A stretch of DNA of 36,960 bases from a virus (Duplodnaviria > Caudoviricetes): the IMG/VR virus record IMGVR_UViG_3300032301_000105, positions 1 through 36,960 of that record; one strand, written 5' to 3'. The position numbers and the translations under genes were made by a program. Position 1 is the stretch's first letter. Every line of letters begins with the position of its first letter. Of this stretch, positions 27,598 through 36,437 are shown piece by piece. Below the pieces are notes generated by a model that had not been told where the DNA came from, did no database searches, and saw only the letters and a list, made by a program, of their open reading frames with translations.

Positions 27598-28032
27598 TTA
27601 CCCTAAAACCTTTTGGACTTCTTCGGGTGTTGCAATGCGAACATGTGAACGAGTTAGCCACTTGTCTGCTTGATCTTTTGTTACAATATTAACGCCCTTG
27701 TATATGGCTCCGTTTGCTTCTTCCCAACGAACATTGCTTGTTGAATAGATGGCAACCTTATCTCCAATTTCTTGGTTTGGCTTAATATCTTTCTTTGGAC
27801 CGTCTGCTGCCATGGATCCAATAGCGCCTGTTTCTGTAAATCCTAATGACTGAACTGGTTCTTCTGCTGCAGGTGCTTCGACTACTGCCTCGACAACTGG
27901 TGCTTCTACAACTGGCTCTGCTACTGGCTCTTCTACATGCTCTACTGGTGTTTCTACCACTGGGGCTTCGACATGGTCATGCTCTTCTGCATTGTCTGCT
28001 GAAAACGGATTATTATAATTGTTATTTTCCAT
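27598..28032 (-). CDS. hypothetical protein with acidic Pro/Val/Glu-rich N-terminus
   Basis: SD AAGGAGG and its own promoter; repeated VEAP/VEEP units, then a small globular C-terminus. Confidence 0.75.
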   Translation of the reverse strand: MENNNYNNPFSADNAEEHDHVEAPVVETPVEHVEEPVAEPVVEAPVVEAVVEAPAAEEPVQSLGFTETGAIGSMAADGPKKDIKPNQEIGDKVAIYSTSNVRWEEANGAIYKGVNIVTKDQADKWLTRSHVRIATPEEVQKVLG

Positions 28033-28051
28033 TTGTATCCTCCTTGTTTGT

Positions 28052-28060
28052 ATTATATCA
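28052..28060 (-). promoter_or_regulatory. extended -10 promoter TGATATAAT
   Basis: Directly after the capsid terminator; TGATATAAT-acaaac-AAGGAGG-atacaa-ATG. Confidence 0.65.
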
Positions 28061-28062
28061 TT

Positions 28063-28102
28063 AAAGTATTAAGGGGGACAGGAGAGTGAACTCCCGCCCC
28101 CC
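28063..28102 (-). terminator. intrinsic terminator after the major capsid gene
   Basis: GGGGGGCGGGAG-TTCACT-CTCCTGTCCCCC (12-bp stem, two GU pairs) followed by TTAATACTTT. Confidence 0.8.
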
Positions 28103-28123
28103 ATTAAAGGTACTGTTTACAGA

Positions 28124-29257
28124 CTATGCGTCTGCTGCAGCGTCAGCGAATGCGATTGCATCCTCTTCTTCCCAGTTGATACCGAAGCGAACGAATACAG
28201 TGTATTCAATTGTATCCTTCTTCGCTACGTACTCACGGTTTACAGTGATGTCTCTTTGGAATCCCCATACACGGTTTGCAGGGAATGTCAAATCGATATA
28301 GCCTGCTGGGTAGTAAGGAACTTCCTGAACTTCAATTCCGAGAACACGAGTTGTACGTGCTCCACCGAATGTCTGTCCGATACCATCAAGGTATGATTGG
28401 CGGTTTGCCTGGGTTGATCCTGGCATCTGGCCTGAGAATGCTTCTGCAACTGCATCAGCGAGTGTACCGTTATTCTTAACGATTCCGCCGAATGCATCTG
28501 TACCTGCGTAGAACTTAAGATTGTTCTTAAGTGCACGGTACTTACGTGGCATTGCATTGATGATGCCCTGCATTACATCAGGTGTCCAAGCATTATCTGC
28601 TACGGTTACTACTGACTCATGTGCATCTCCGTTTGTCTTTACCTTGTTGATAAAGCCTGGCATGATTGACAAGAATGATCCTGTTGCACCATCACCATTG
28701 ATAGCGAGATCTTCGATATCATTTGCGAATGCGTTGGTCATCAAGCGTACTAAGTGATCTTCTAGAGCGTCACCTTCTACACCATCTTCCAATGATTCTG
28801 CTGTTACTTCCCAGTCAAGACGAATCTTCTTGGTAGTAAGTTCGACCTTAGAGAATGTTGCACCTGTGTTTGTGTAGTTACCAACTGCTTGCGCTGCTGC
28901 ACGAATTACACGCTCACCGACGTTTACCTTCTCAAGTTCCATAGAATTAGCCTTCATTGTTACACGACGGCCATCCTTTGCTAATACTGTTGCATCCCAA
29001 ACATAGTCGATAAAACGACGTGCCTGCTCAGGGCGCAAAATTCCAGAAGCCGCTGAACCACTAGGGTTAACAGCATTTGCTCCGCTTGTAGATCCGAGTG
29101 TTGCTGTTGGAATGTTGCCCAGTGTGTCTGCTCCTGGGTTTGATACTCCACCAATTCCACCTGATGCGAAAGCACCTTGACCCTGGTAAAGTCCTGGTGC
29201 TGTTGCACCTAGATCTCCCGCAGCGCCTGGCTGGTTTTTGATTATTTCTTCTGACAT
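28124..29257 (-). CDS. major capsid protein (HK97 fold, 377 aa)
   Basis: Start moved to ATG 29257 (SD AGGAGGTG); GILRPEQARRFIDYV...ELTTKKIRLDWEVTAESLEDGVEG...FANDIEDLAINGD; follows the protease and precedes a terminator. Confidence 0.92.
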   Translation of the reverse strand: MSEEIIKNQPGAAGDLGATAPGLYQGQGAFASGGIGGVSNPGADTLGNIPTATLGSTSGANAVNPSGSAASGILRPEQARRFIDYVWDATVLAKDGRRVTMKANSMELEKVNVGERVIRAAAQAVGNYTNTGATFSKVELTTKKIRLDWEVTAESLEDGVEGDALEDHLVRLMTNAFANDIEDLAINGDGATGSFLSIMPGFINKVKTNGDAHESVVTVADNAWTPDVMQGIINAMPRKYRALKNNLKFYAGTDAFGGIVKNNGTLADAVAEAFSGQMPGSTQANRQSYLDGIGQTFGGARTTRVLGIEVQEVPYYPAGYIDLTFPANRVWGFQRDITVNREYVAKKDTIEYTVFVRFGINWEEEDAIAFADAAADA

Positions 29258-29280
29258 ATTGTCACCTCCTAGTGATTTGT

Positions 29281-29856
29281 TCATTTGAATAGATCGGCTG
29301 TTTTGAGGAAACTACCGCCCCATAGGGATTTTTCAACCATTTCAGGCTGAGACTGCAAGATATCGCCGATATCTCCAGACTTTCGGAATGCGGTTTCTGC
29401 TTCCACGGCGTCTACTCGTTTTCCAAATTCATTAAATTCACCTGAAACTGCTGCAATATCTTTTGCAACTGCTTCGAATGAACTCTTTACTGTGTCAAGG
29501 TCTACCTTTGAAGACTTAAGAAGTTCTACTTCTGCTTGCAAAGATTTTACTGTTGACAATAGATCGCTAAAGGCTGATGTTAGATTATTCTTGATTTCAG
29601 TAATTGCTTCAACTACATCGTCTGACTTAGATACATTTGCGTCTGCGTCTGCTACTTCTTCAACTGTTTCTGCAACTGGTGCTTCTTCAGTTTCTGCTAC
29701 TGCTGCTTCATCTGACTTAACAACATCTGCTGTTTCTGTCTCTTCTGCTTTTGTAACTTCTTCTGTAACTTCTTCAACCACGGCATCTGCCTCTGGAGCG
29801 ACCACAACGTCTTCAACTACATCTGTTTTTTCAACTTGTGTTTTTGATTTTGTCAT
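29281..29856 (-). CDS. nested in-frame scaffolding protein (191 aa)
   Basis: Perfect SD AAGGAGGT (29864-29871) 7 nt before an in-frame ATG at 29856. Confidence 0.65.
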   Translation of the reverse strand: MTKSKTQVEKTDVVEDVVVAPEADAVVEEVTEEVTKAEETETADVVKSDEAAVAETEEAPVAETVEEVADADANVSKSDDVVEAITEIKNNLTSAFSDLLSTVKSLQAEVELLKSSKVDLDTVKSSFEAVAKDIAAVSGEFNEFGKRVDAVEAETAFRKSGDIGDILQSQPEMVEKSLWGGSFLKTADLFK

Positions 29857-30615
29857 AGGTTGTACCTCCTTGTTAATCTTAGAAGTATTAATGCCTTTAG
29901 CACTATCAACTAAGAATTTTATCATTGTTGTTTTTTCATCATCCGTTTTTTCAACGAACCCTATATTTTCCATCTGCTCTCCAGTAACTGGGCTAAGTTC
30001 TGATTCATTTTCAGATGAAATAACAATTCCATTTTCTTTATCATAAAAAACATTTTCTAGTACTGTTGAATCTCCTTTGATAACATCTACGCCATCAACT
30101 TTTTCAACTGATACAATATTTGCAAACTGATTTGCTGGGGAATCTACAAGACTCAACTCAATTAAATCATAATCCTTAATAATTCTAATCTGTGTTTCTG
30201 ACTTCTCATCATAACCATCATCCCACTTATTCATTCTTCCACCAATAGAAAAACCAGTAAGTGTTCCATCGAGCACCTTTTCCCATGTATCTTGTGCACC
30301 CTTTGAAACATATGCTGATACAAATACGCCCTTGTAAAACTTCTTTGATTCTGGATCAAAGTACTTATCTTCTTTAAAGTTAACCATCTTGCCAACTGCT
30401 AATGGCTGATGCATCTCTCTAATGTTACCTCGAAATTTTGCAAAGGCTGACATTGATGCTTCTGAAGTTACAATATCCATCTGTTTGTCAAGATTGTCAA
30501 GAGATGCAAAACCTGAAACTATACGTCGTTCTTTATCAACCTTACTAAAAGGCATAGATAGACGAAGACTTTCCCCATCGGAATTCCAATGGGCTTTAGA
30601 TACATTGCTCACCAT
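29281..30615 (-). CDS. prohead (capsid maturation) protease fused to scaffold domain
   Basis: IREMHQ (His), GFSIGG (Ser), ELSLVDSPAN typical of HK97-family proteases; acidic and coiled-coil C-half. The true start may be GTG at 30612. Confidence 0.88.
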   Translation of the reverse strand: MVSNVSKAHWNSDGESLRLSMPFSKVDKERRIVSGFASLDNLDKQMDIVTSEASMSAFAKFRGNIREMHQPLAVGKMVNFKEDKYFDPESKKFYKGVFVSAYVSKGAQDTWEKVLDGTLTGFSIGGRMNKWDDGYDEKSETQIRIIKDYDLIELSLVDSPANQFANIVSVEKVDGVDVIKGDSTVLENVFYDKENGIVISSENESELSPVTGEQMENIGFVEKTDDEKTTMIKFLVDSAKGINTSKINKEVQPMTKSKTQVEKTDVVEDVVVAPEADAVVEEVTEEVTKAEETETADVVKSDEAAVAETEEAPVAETVEEVADADANVSKSDDVVEAITEIKNNLTSAFSDLLSTVKSLQAEVELLKSSKVDLDTVKSSFEAVAKDIAAVSGEFNEFGKRVDAVEAETAFRKSGDIGDILQSQPEMVEKSLWGGSFLKTADLFK

Positions 30616-30618
30616 TAT

Positions 30619-30624
30619 ATTATA
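30619..30624 (-). promoter_or_regulatory. -10 box TATAAT, probable leaderless start of the protease
   Basis: TATAAT-ataatg-GTG; no SD upstream. Confidence 0.45.
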
Positions 30625-30667
30625 GACCCCATTTTATACATATATCACAATATGGACATATTAGACA

Positions 30668-32260
30668 TTAAGAGGTGCTGCGACCCTCTCCCTTTGGATT
30701 TCTTCCAGCAACTGTTGATGTACTGTCAGAGTTATTATTAGTTCTTTCAGAATCTCTTGCCCTTGTAGTATTTGCTTCGGCTGCGGTAGTTGGCTTAAGG
30801 TCTAGGACTTCATCACCACCATCTCTTTGTGGCATGTCCAAAAGAACTCGTGCTTCGTTAGGAGTCATAATCTGATTCTTAACATATCTTTCAAGAATTT
30901 GAGATTGGGCAATCTCGTCTGTAAGGGTTAATTCATTAAATGAAAAATCAAGAATGTCTGTCTTCTCACGGACAATCTTGTTGATCATTTTTTCAAGTTG
31001 TCTCTGGGCTGGTCTTGCAACCTGTTCCTTAAAGGTGCGATCCTGTGCAAGTGCTGCTGCGATAGATCCAGAATCGCCACCTCCAAGTTTTGACAGTGGC
31101 ACTTGATGTGCTACCAGGATATCATCACGGTTTTGCTTACGATACTCTTTAAAAGAGCCGTCTTGTATTCCGTCTTCGATGGGATCCATTTTAAATTCTA
31201 CTTTATTATTTTCGCTATCCCCTGGCAATGGAATATATAGCGTTCGGTGTGACTGCCCTCTAAGATTTGTCTGCAAGAATCTAAACATCTTATCTTCTGC
31301 GTCGCCAGAGAGTTTTGCACCCTTAAGTGTTACAACGTATCGTGGTACTGCTTTATTTGCAAAGTAGTCAATGTTGTACTGTGAAGCAAGCGAGTCTCCA
31401 TGTAGTGAGTTAATTGCCGACATAATGTCTGGCACTCCGTAAAATGTATTTAGTGGTGAGTACTGCTTGAAATGGATTATTTCATTTGGTCTAGCGTCTG
31501 TTGTTAGTGGGTTTTGATTCTTTGCTCCAAAGTTACGGAAGTAGACGATCTTGTTTCCAATGATCTGAACGTATCCGTCCTTGATTCTTCTAACTCTCAT
31601 TGTTGTTGATGGAATATGTCCTACGTAGCCGATTTCGCCACGAGTGGTTCTACCGATTTCTAAGTATCCGTTTCCAGTTGACTGTAGGTCTGTGTAAACC
31701 TTCTCCATTGTTGCTGTAAATGAATCGTCATCGTTGAGTGATTCAAGCCAGTCACGCATTTCAATCTTTGCTCTTTCAATTCTTTTTCTTGCTTTTTGTG
31801 TTGCACTGTTGTCTTCTGATGATTCAAGCCTCATCATTGTTCGTTGAGAAACTTTAAACTCATAGCCCAATCCAACAATATTTTCCACCTTAGCATCGAT
31901 GGCTGCGTGGTTTGCAAAAGAAGTATCATAATAGTTTGCTAATTCATATAGGTTCCATGGTGGAGTGATTACATCAAACATTCCATAGCCGTTTACATAT
32001 ACTAATCCTGGATTTATCTCTTTTGATTGTGCTCCATCAATACCGCTTTTTCCAGCAAGTGCTGCAGTTGTATACTGAGTAGTTGGCTCAACCATCTTTG
32101 TTGAAGATCTGCTTATGCGTCTTTTAAAATTTGCTTCTAATCCGTCAAGAGATTTTAATGAATCCCAGTTACCATTAAATGGGTCTGACTTTGAAAAACT
32201 GTCATCTTTTTTTATTGCATCATCAATTCTTGCGTGGATTTCGTAATCGTTATCTTCCAT
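30668..32260 (-). CDS. portal protein
   Basis: HAAIDAKVENIVGLGY, TGNGYLEI, NEIIHFK, YGVPD, YFANKAVP, ILVAHQVP, IMTPNEAR: PBSX/HK97-type portal motifs. Confidence 0.93.
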   Translation of the reverse strand: MEDNDYEIHARIDDAIKKDDSFSKSDPFNGNWDSLKSLDGLEANFKRRISRSSTKMVEPTTQYTTAALAGKSGIDGAQSKEINPGLVYVNGYGMFDVITPPWNLYELANYYDTSFANHAAIDAKVENIVGLGYEFKVSQRTMMRLESSEDNSATQKARKRIERAKIEMRDWLESLNDDDSFTATMEKVYTDLQSTGNGYLEIGRTTRGEIGYVGHIPSTTMRVRRIKDGYVQIIGNKIVYFRNFGAKNQNPLTTDARPNEIIHFKQYSPLNTFYGVPDIMSAINSLHGDSLASQYNIDYFANKAVPRYVVTLKGAKLSGDAEDKMFRFLQTNLRGQSHRTLYIPLPGDSENNKVEFKMDPIEDGIQDGSFKEYRKQNRDDILVAHQVPLSKLGGGDSGSIAAALAQDRTFKEQVARPAQRQLEKMINKIVREKTDILDFSFNELTLTDEIAQSQILERYVKNQIMTPNEARVLLDMPQRDGGDEVLDLKPTTAAEANTTRARDSERTNNNSDSTSTVAGRNPKGEGRSTS

Positions 32261-32262
32261 AA

Positions 32263-32649
32263 TTAATCCTCATCTCCGTATTTAGCAATTGTATCTTTTG
32301 CTGCCTGTACTGCTCCAAGATCATTAAGTGATGGAATAAGGCCAGCATTTAGTCTGTCTACCTGCTCAGAATACTCTTCTTCTGAAACTCTTGTTAGACC
32401 TGGAACAAATACGCAGGTACCGTCTCCTGGATCTCCATAGTGCATTGCAGTCTTTTTTAATTCTGCCATTCTAGAAATATCGTTCTTATCTGAAGGGATA
32501 TTAAGTACAGAGCCGTTTCCATCTGTAAACCATTTACCATTTGCTTTTTTATACACATAAAGGCCCCAGTCATAGTTCTTTTCAATGACTTGTCGTCTTA
32601 CATTTTTTACAATCGGTTCACCAGTTTTTGGGTTTATTAAAGAATCCAT
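32263..32649 (-). CDS. hypothetical protein upstream of portal (128 aa)
   Basis: Start moved to ATG 32649, 7 nt after TGGTATACT. Confidence 0.7.
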   Translation of the reverse strand: MDSLINPKTGEPIVKNVRRQVIEKNYDWGLYVYKKANGKWFTDGNGSVLNIPSDKNDISRMAELKKTAMHYGDPGDGTCVFVPGLTRVSEEEYSEQVDRLNAGLIPSLNDLGAVQAAKDTIAKYGDED

Positions 32650-32656
32650 AACCACA

Positions 32657-32665
32657 AGTATACCA
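32657..32665 (-). promoter_or_regulatory. extended -10 promoter TGGTATACT, leaderless
   Basis: The 12-mer TGGTATACTTGT is identical to the one at 24194-24205. Confidence 0.65.
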
Positions 32666-32667
32666 TA

Positions 32668-35600
32668 TTAGGCAGGATCAATGACCAGTTGGCTCCATTC
32701 AACATCTTTATAGGTTGTATACTTATAATTGCCGAAGCGTAAAAGGCTGTCATCCTCTACTATTATCTTATTTGTTCCCGTATAACTCTTGTAAACTTCT
32801 GATGGATTAACCCCATAATAACTTGTTTCTGACAAAACTAGCACTTTGTTCCAGTTAAACGATCCGATATTCCAAAACTTCCAATCTAGGTCTCTAGAGT
32901 TTAAAATCTTAACTCTAAGCCAAGGCCTCTCGGAAACATTCTGAACCTCCTGCAAGTTTGTTGACTGATAGAAAGATATGTTATTAAAAAGTAGTGGCCC
33001 TGTGAGTCTAATGGCTCCCTCAAAATATGAAAAATTTAAACTGTCTAAGAAATTAATGCCAAGAAATCCCCAATCTTGTAGGGTTATAACTGGCTCTTTT
33101 ACAATTTTGCCATTCCAATAAAATCCAATTCCGTTTTGTACTAGTCCAGTTTTTGTATCAATTGCATAAATTTTTGCTCTTCTTCCACTAGGATCACAGG
33201 CAACCATGTAAAATTTTATGTAAGAGCCCCTACTCTCTATTTCAAAAATTTCTGTTGGTGCATATGGAAAATAGTCTCCATCAAACCTAACTGCAAGTTG
33301 CATAGCAATAACCTTGAACCCGTCTGCCCTGCTTGTATTTATAGGAATCATAAGTCCTCTATTGATAAGTGGATCGTAAATTCCTTTTAATTGTATACCG
33401 CTCTTTTTTGTTAAATACAGATATGGAGACGATGCATTATAAATTGAAAAAGGATTATTCTTTTTAAAATCATAATAAATTCCAGACTTTGTATATGGAT
33501 AAATAGGAGTTCCAAATCTTGTGCCGATTGGACTTGCATCTGATTCATTCAATGCTTGAGAAGCATAAGACATATCTTTTATACTAACATTATTAACTGA
33601 TGAATTTTTTACGTTAATGTCTATATGAGTAACTATTGACAAATCATTAAAATCAACACCTGAAGGAGGATAGATTATCATATTGTCAACCACTTCATAC
33701 TTTGTTCTCATCCAGTCAGATCCTGGAATTAAAACACCATTTCTTTCTGGTTTTTCTATTTTAACAAAATATTCGGAAGTTGCATTTGCTCCAAGTTTAG
33801 TATATTGAAATGTAATGTATGTTTTTACTAGTGAGCCTTCTGTATCATATTTATAACTTTTTGCTATTTTATTTTTTAAATCTTCATAATCATTATATCC
33901 AGTAAATAAATAGTTATCTAGTGAATCATAGTTTCTTTGAACTGGTAATCCATATTCATTAGAAAGTTCTGCATATGTCCATTCAACAGGATCTGTCTCT
34001 ATTGCAAGAGTTTTTGAAGGTATTGGATAATTAAAATTAAACTGAATAAAGTCAAGATCAAAATATTGATCCCCTCTTTTATCAAAAACAGACTCTGCAA
34101 AATATGTAAGGGGCAAGTTGTCTTCCCAATATCCATTTGATGATACGGCAAGCGTATATTTTTCAAATAGAATATCTGGAACTAAGGTATAACTGGCTGT
34201 GTGCTCAATTAGATAGTCTTCTTCCATAAGAACAACACCTCCACCATCAACTGCCCCAGGAGATAAGTCTGTAAGTCCTCTGTATGGTGGCTGAGAAACA
34301 GTATCAATTCCACCATCAACATCTACTATTTGGTTATTTTGATAAACATCAAATAGGTTTTCATTAAGTTTTGGAATGCCAAGTTCGTTAAACAAGTTTT
34401 TTATTTTTTGAAAATTATACTTTGTTGCAAATCCAATATTATAAATTTTTCCTGTAAAGGTAAAAGTATTTGTTGATGCGCTACTCTTGTCTCCTCCAAC
34501 ATAAAGCCTTAAGTCTGACAACGAACCAAAGAAACTAGACACAGGGTTTCCAAATATTTCTACAAATCTAGGAATGTTTATACCAACTTCAATAAATTCA
34601 TTTTCATTTAAGTCTTGGGAACTGTAAATAACTTCTGTTTTTCCATTTGCGTAAATGCTATAAACTATTCTATTATTAGAAACTTCTATTTTAAAATAAT
34701 CCAAAGTATTTTCTTTTTCAATTTTAAAAAGCGTTTGTGGCGCTGTTACATTTCCTTTTAGTTTAAAACATCCGTAAAATGCCGATATCGGAGTATTTAA
34801 AATATCAAAGTTTTCAAAAAATAAATATCCTTTAACATTATCCCATGCAGATGATGGCCTAAATGTAAAATAATCTCTTTGATCATATAAAAAGTTTTGT
34901 GTGTTTGATGTTAAGTTGGCAGTTTTATTTTCATTAAACAACTCAGACTCTGTCTTTGAGGATAAGACTGTTTTTGGAAGTGGGTGAGAGATTACAGAAA
35001 GTGCTTTGTTTGTGGTAGATAAATTATCGCTAAATCCTTGATTCCAAGATCCAGTTTTTGGATAAGAATAGTTTGCTGTATAGTTTGCAAAAGAATAATC
35101 AACTGACACAGAGGTCCCGCTATATGATGTATTAATATTTTCTGGTATCTCGACTCCCTGACCAAACACAAACCTTCTTTTTGCAACTGCCGAAGGAACC
35201 AGGTAAGGATAAATTCCAATGCAGTCTATATCTATTGGTGATACATCATCGTATGCATAAAAACCTATCCAGTCTTGATTTTTAGTTCCCGCAAACTCTG
35301 ATGGCAAAACTGCCAAGTCTTGATCATGTGGAATTGATACAACCTCTGTTCCATTAATTAGTAGAGATGCAAGGTCTTTCCCAACCTTCAAATGGATAAG
35401 CATTGGCCTTGTCCATTCTCCAACATAGTTTGTCTTGTATTCGTTGCCAATCTTTAACCCAATTGACGGTCCATCAACATATATTCCATCGGCTGATGCA
35501 ATAGGGCCAATAATTCTTTTCCTATCATTAGTGTATGAGTTTACCCTAAGCCATGTTTCTAAAGTATATTGTTTGAATTGTCCTGATTGATTTAACATTC

Positions 35601-36417
35601 CAACTCCAGGAACTATTAGTGAAGGATTTAGGCCATTTGCAAAAAGCGTTGTATGCCCATCAGTTCCATAAACAAGAGGGATTCCAGAATTTTTTGCTTT
35701 TAACATGTTATCAGATGCAAGATAGTAACCATCTAGTTCTTGAAGTCCGTAACATTTAGCAGGAACACCTTTTTGTGGTGATATAGAAATTGTTGATGGA
35801 ATATCTACTAGCGATGTCCCAAGAGATGTAGAAGAAAACTCTTCTGACCATTGGCCCAAAGTTATTCCGTTAACCCTAAACACATGCTTTGCTAAAGGAT
35901 CTCCTACAAACTTAATCTTGAAAACAAGTTTAATTGCTGTATCTTCTGGAGGTGTATCAAATGTTTCTGATATAAAAATCCAGTTATTATTTACTACTAC
36001 GTCAAAATCTTTAACATGTCTAATATCAGTACCGCTAGTTTTATCTCTATATTCATATCCAATTGAAAATCCTGATATGTAAGAACTTTCAGAATAAAAA
36101 TACCCACCTACTGAAAAAGTTCTAAGATATGTATTCAAACTTTTTAGGTTAATAATTTCAGGACTAACTGCAGTTATAGATGCTTCTTTATCTATGTTAG
36201 GGGTTGCAACAATTCTATAAACAGAACTATTCTGGAAAGGCTCTCCAGTTGATTCTGGATATTTAGATGAAGTTCCTCCACTTACATTCCAGACCGACAA
36301 ATCTCTTTGTGACTCGGAAATCAAAGAAATATAGTCTGCGTTATCATCAAGTGCCCACAAACCTGTAGGGTGTTCTGAAAACACCTTTTCGGCATATAGG
36401 TTTGATGAAGTAGACAT
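32668..36417 (-). CDS. large beta-rich protein, probable virion protein with LamG/ConA-like domains
   Basis: N-terminal YAEKVFSEHPTGLWALDD, YTLETWLR and FTGKIYNIGF resemble LamG-like phage proteins. Confidence 0.55.
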   Translation of the reverse strand: MSTSSNLYAEKVFSEHPTGLWALDDNADYISLISESQRDLSVWNVSGGTSSKYPESTGEPFQNSSVYRIVATPNIDKEASITAVSPEIINLKSLNTYLRTFSVGGYFYSESSYISGFSIGYEYRDKTSGTDIRHVKDFDVVVNNNWIFISETFDTPPEDTAIKLVFKIKFVGDPLAKHVFRVNGITLGQWSEEFSSTSLGTSLVDIPSTISISPQKGVPAKCYGLQELDGYYLASDNMLKAKNSGIPLVYGTDGHTTLFANGLNPSLIVPGVGMLNQSGQFKQYTLETWLRVNSYTNDRKRIIGPIASADGIYVDGPSIGLKIGNEYKTNYVGEWTRPMLIHLKVGKDLASLLINGTEVVSIPHDQDLAVLPSEFAGTKNQDWIGFYAYDDVSPIDIDCIGIYPYLVPSAVAKRRFVFGQGVEIPENINTSYSGTSVSVDYSFANYTANYSYPKTGSWNQGFSDNLSTTNKALSVISHPLPKTVLSSKTESELFNENKTANLTSNTQNFLYDQRDYFTFRPSSAWDNVKGYLFFENFDILNTPISAFYGCFKLKGNVTAPQTLFKIEKENTLDYFKIEVSNNRIVYSIYANGKTEVIYSSQDLNENEFIEVGINIPRFVEIFGNPVSSFFGSLSDLRLYVGGDKSSASTNTFTFTGKIYNIGFATKYNFQKIKNLFNELGIPKLNENLFDVYQNNQIVDVDGGIDTVSQPPYRGLTDLSPGAVDGGGVVLMEEDYLIEHTASYTLVPDILFEKYTLAVSSNGYWEDNLPLTYFAESVFDKRGDQYFDLDFIQFNFNYPIPSKTLAIETDPVEWTYAELSNEYGLPVQRNYDSLDNYLFTGYNDYEDLKNKIAKSYKYDTEGSLVKTYITFQYTKLGANATSEYFVKIEKPERNGVLIPGSDWMRTKYEVVDNMIIYPPSGVDFNDLSIVTHIDINVKNSSVNNVSIKDMSYASQALNESDASPIGTRFGTPIYPYTKSGIYYDFKKNNPFSIYNASSPYLYLTKKSGIQLKGIYDPLINRGLMIPINTSRADGFKVIAMQLAVRFDGDYFPYAPTEIFEIESRGSYIKFYMVACDPSGRRAKIYAIDTKTGLVQNGIGFYWNGKIVKEPVITLQDWGFLGINFLDSLNFSYFEGAIRLTGPLLFNNISFYQSTNLQEVQNVSERPWLRVKILNSRDLDWKFWNIGSFNWNKVLVLSETSYYGVNPSEVYKSYTGTNKIIVEDDSLLRFGNYKYTTYKDVEWSQLVIDPA

Positions 36418-36426
36418 TATAGGTCT

Positions 36427-36435
36427 ATTTTATCA
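36427..36435 (-). promoter_or_regulatory. extended -10 promoter TGATAAAAT
   Basis: 9 nt upstream of ATG 36417, inside a 20-nt intergenic gap with no SD. Confidence 0.5.
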
Positions 36436-36437
36436 TA

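Noticed and set aside
27860-27975. Short repeated units (ctactgg/cttctac)
   Set aside because: Coding repeats of VEAP/VEEP; no constant repeat with unique spacers, so not CRISPR.
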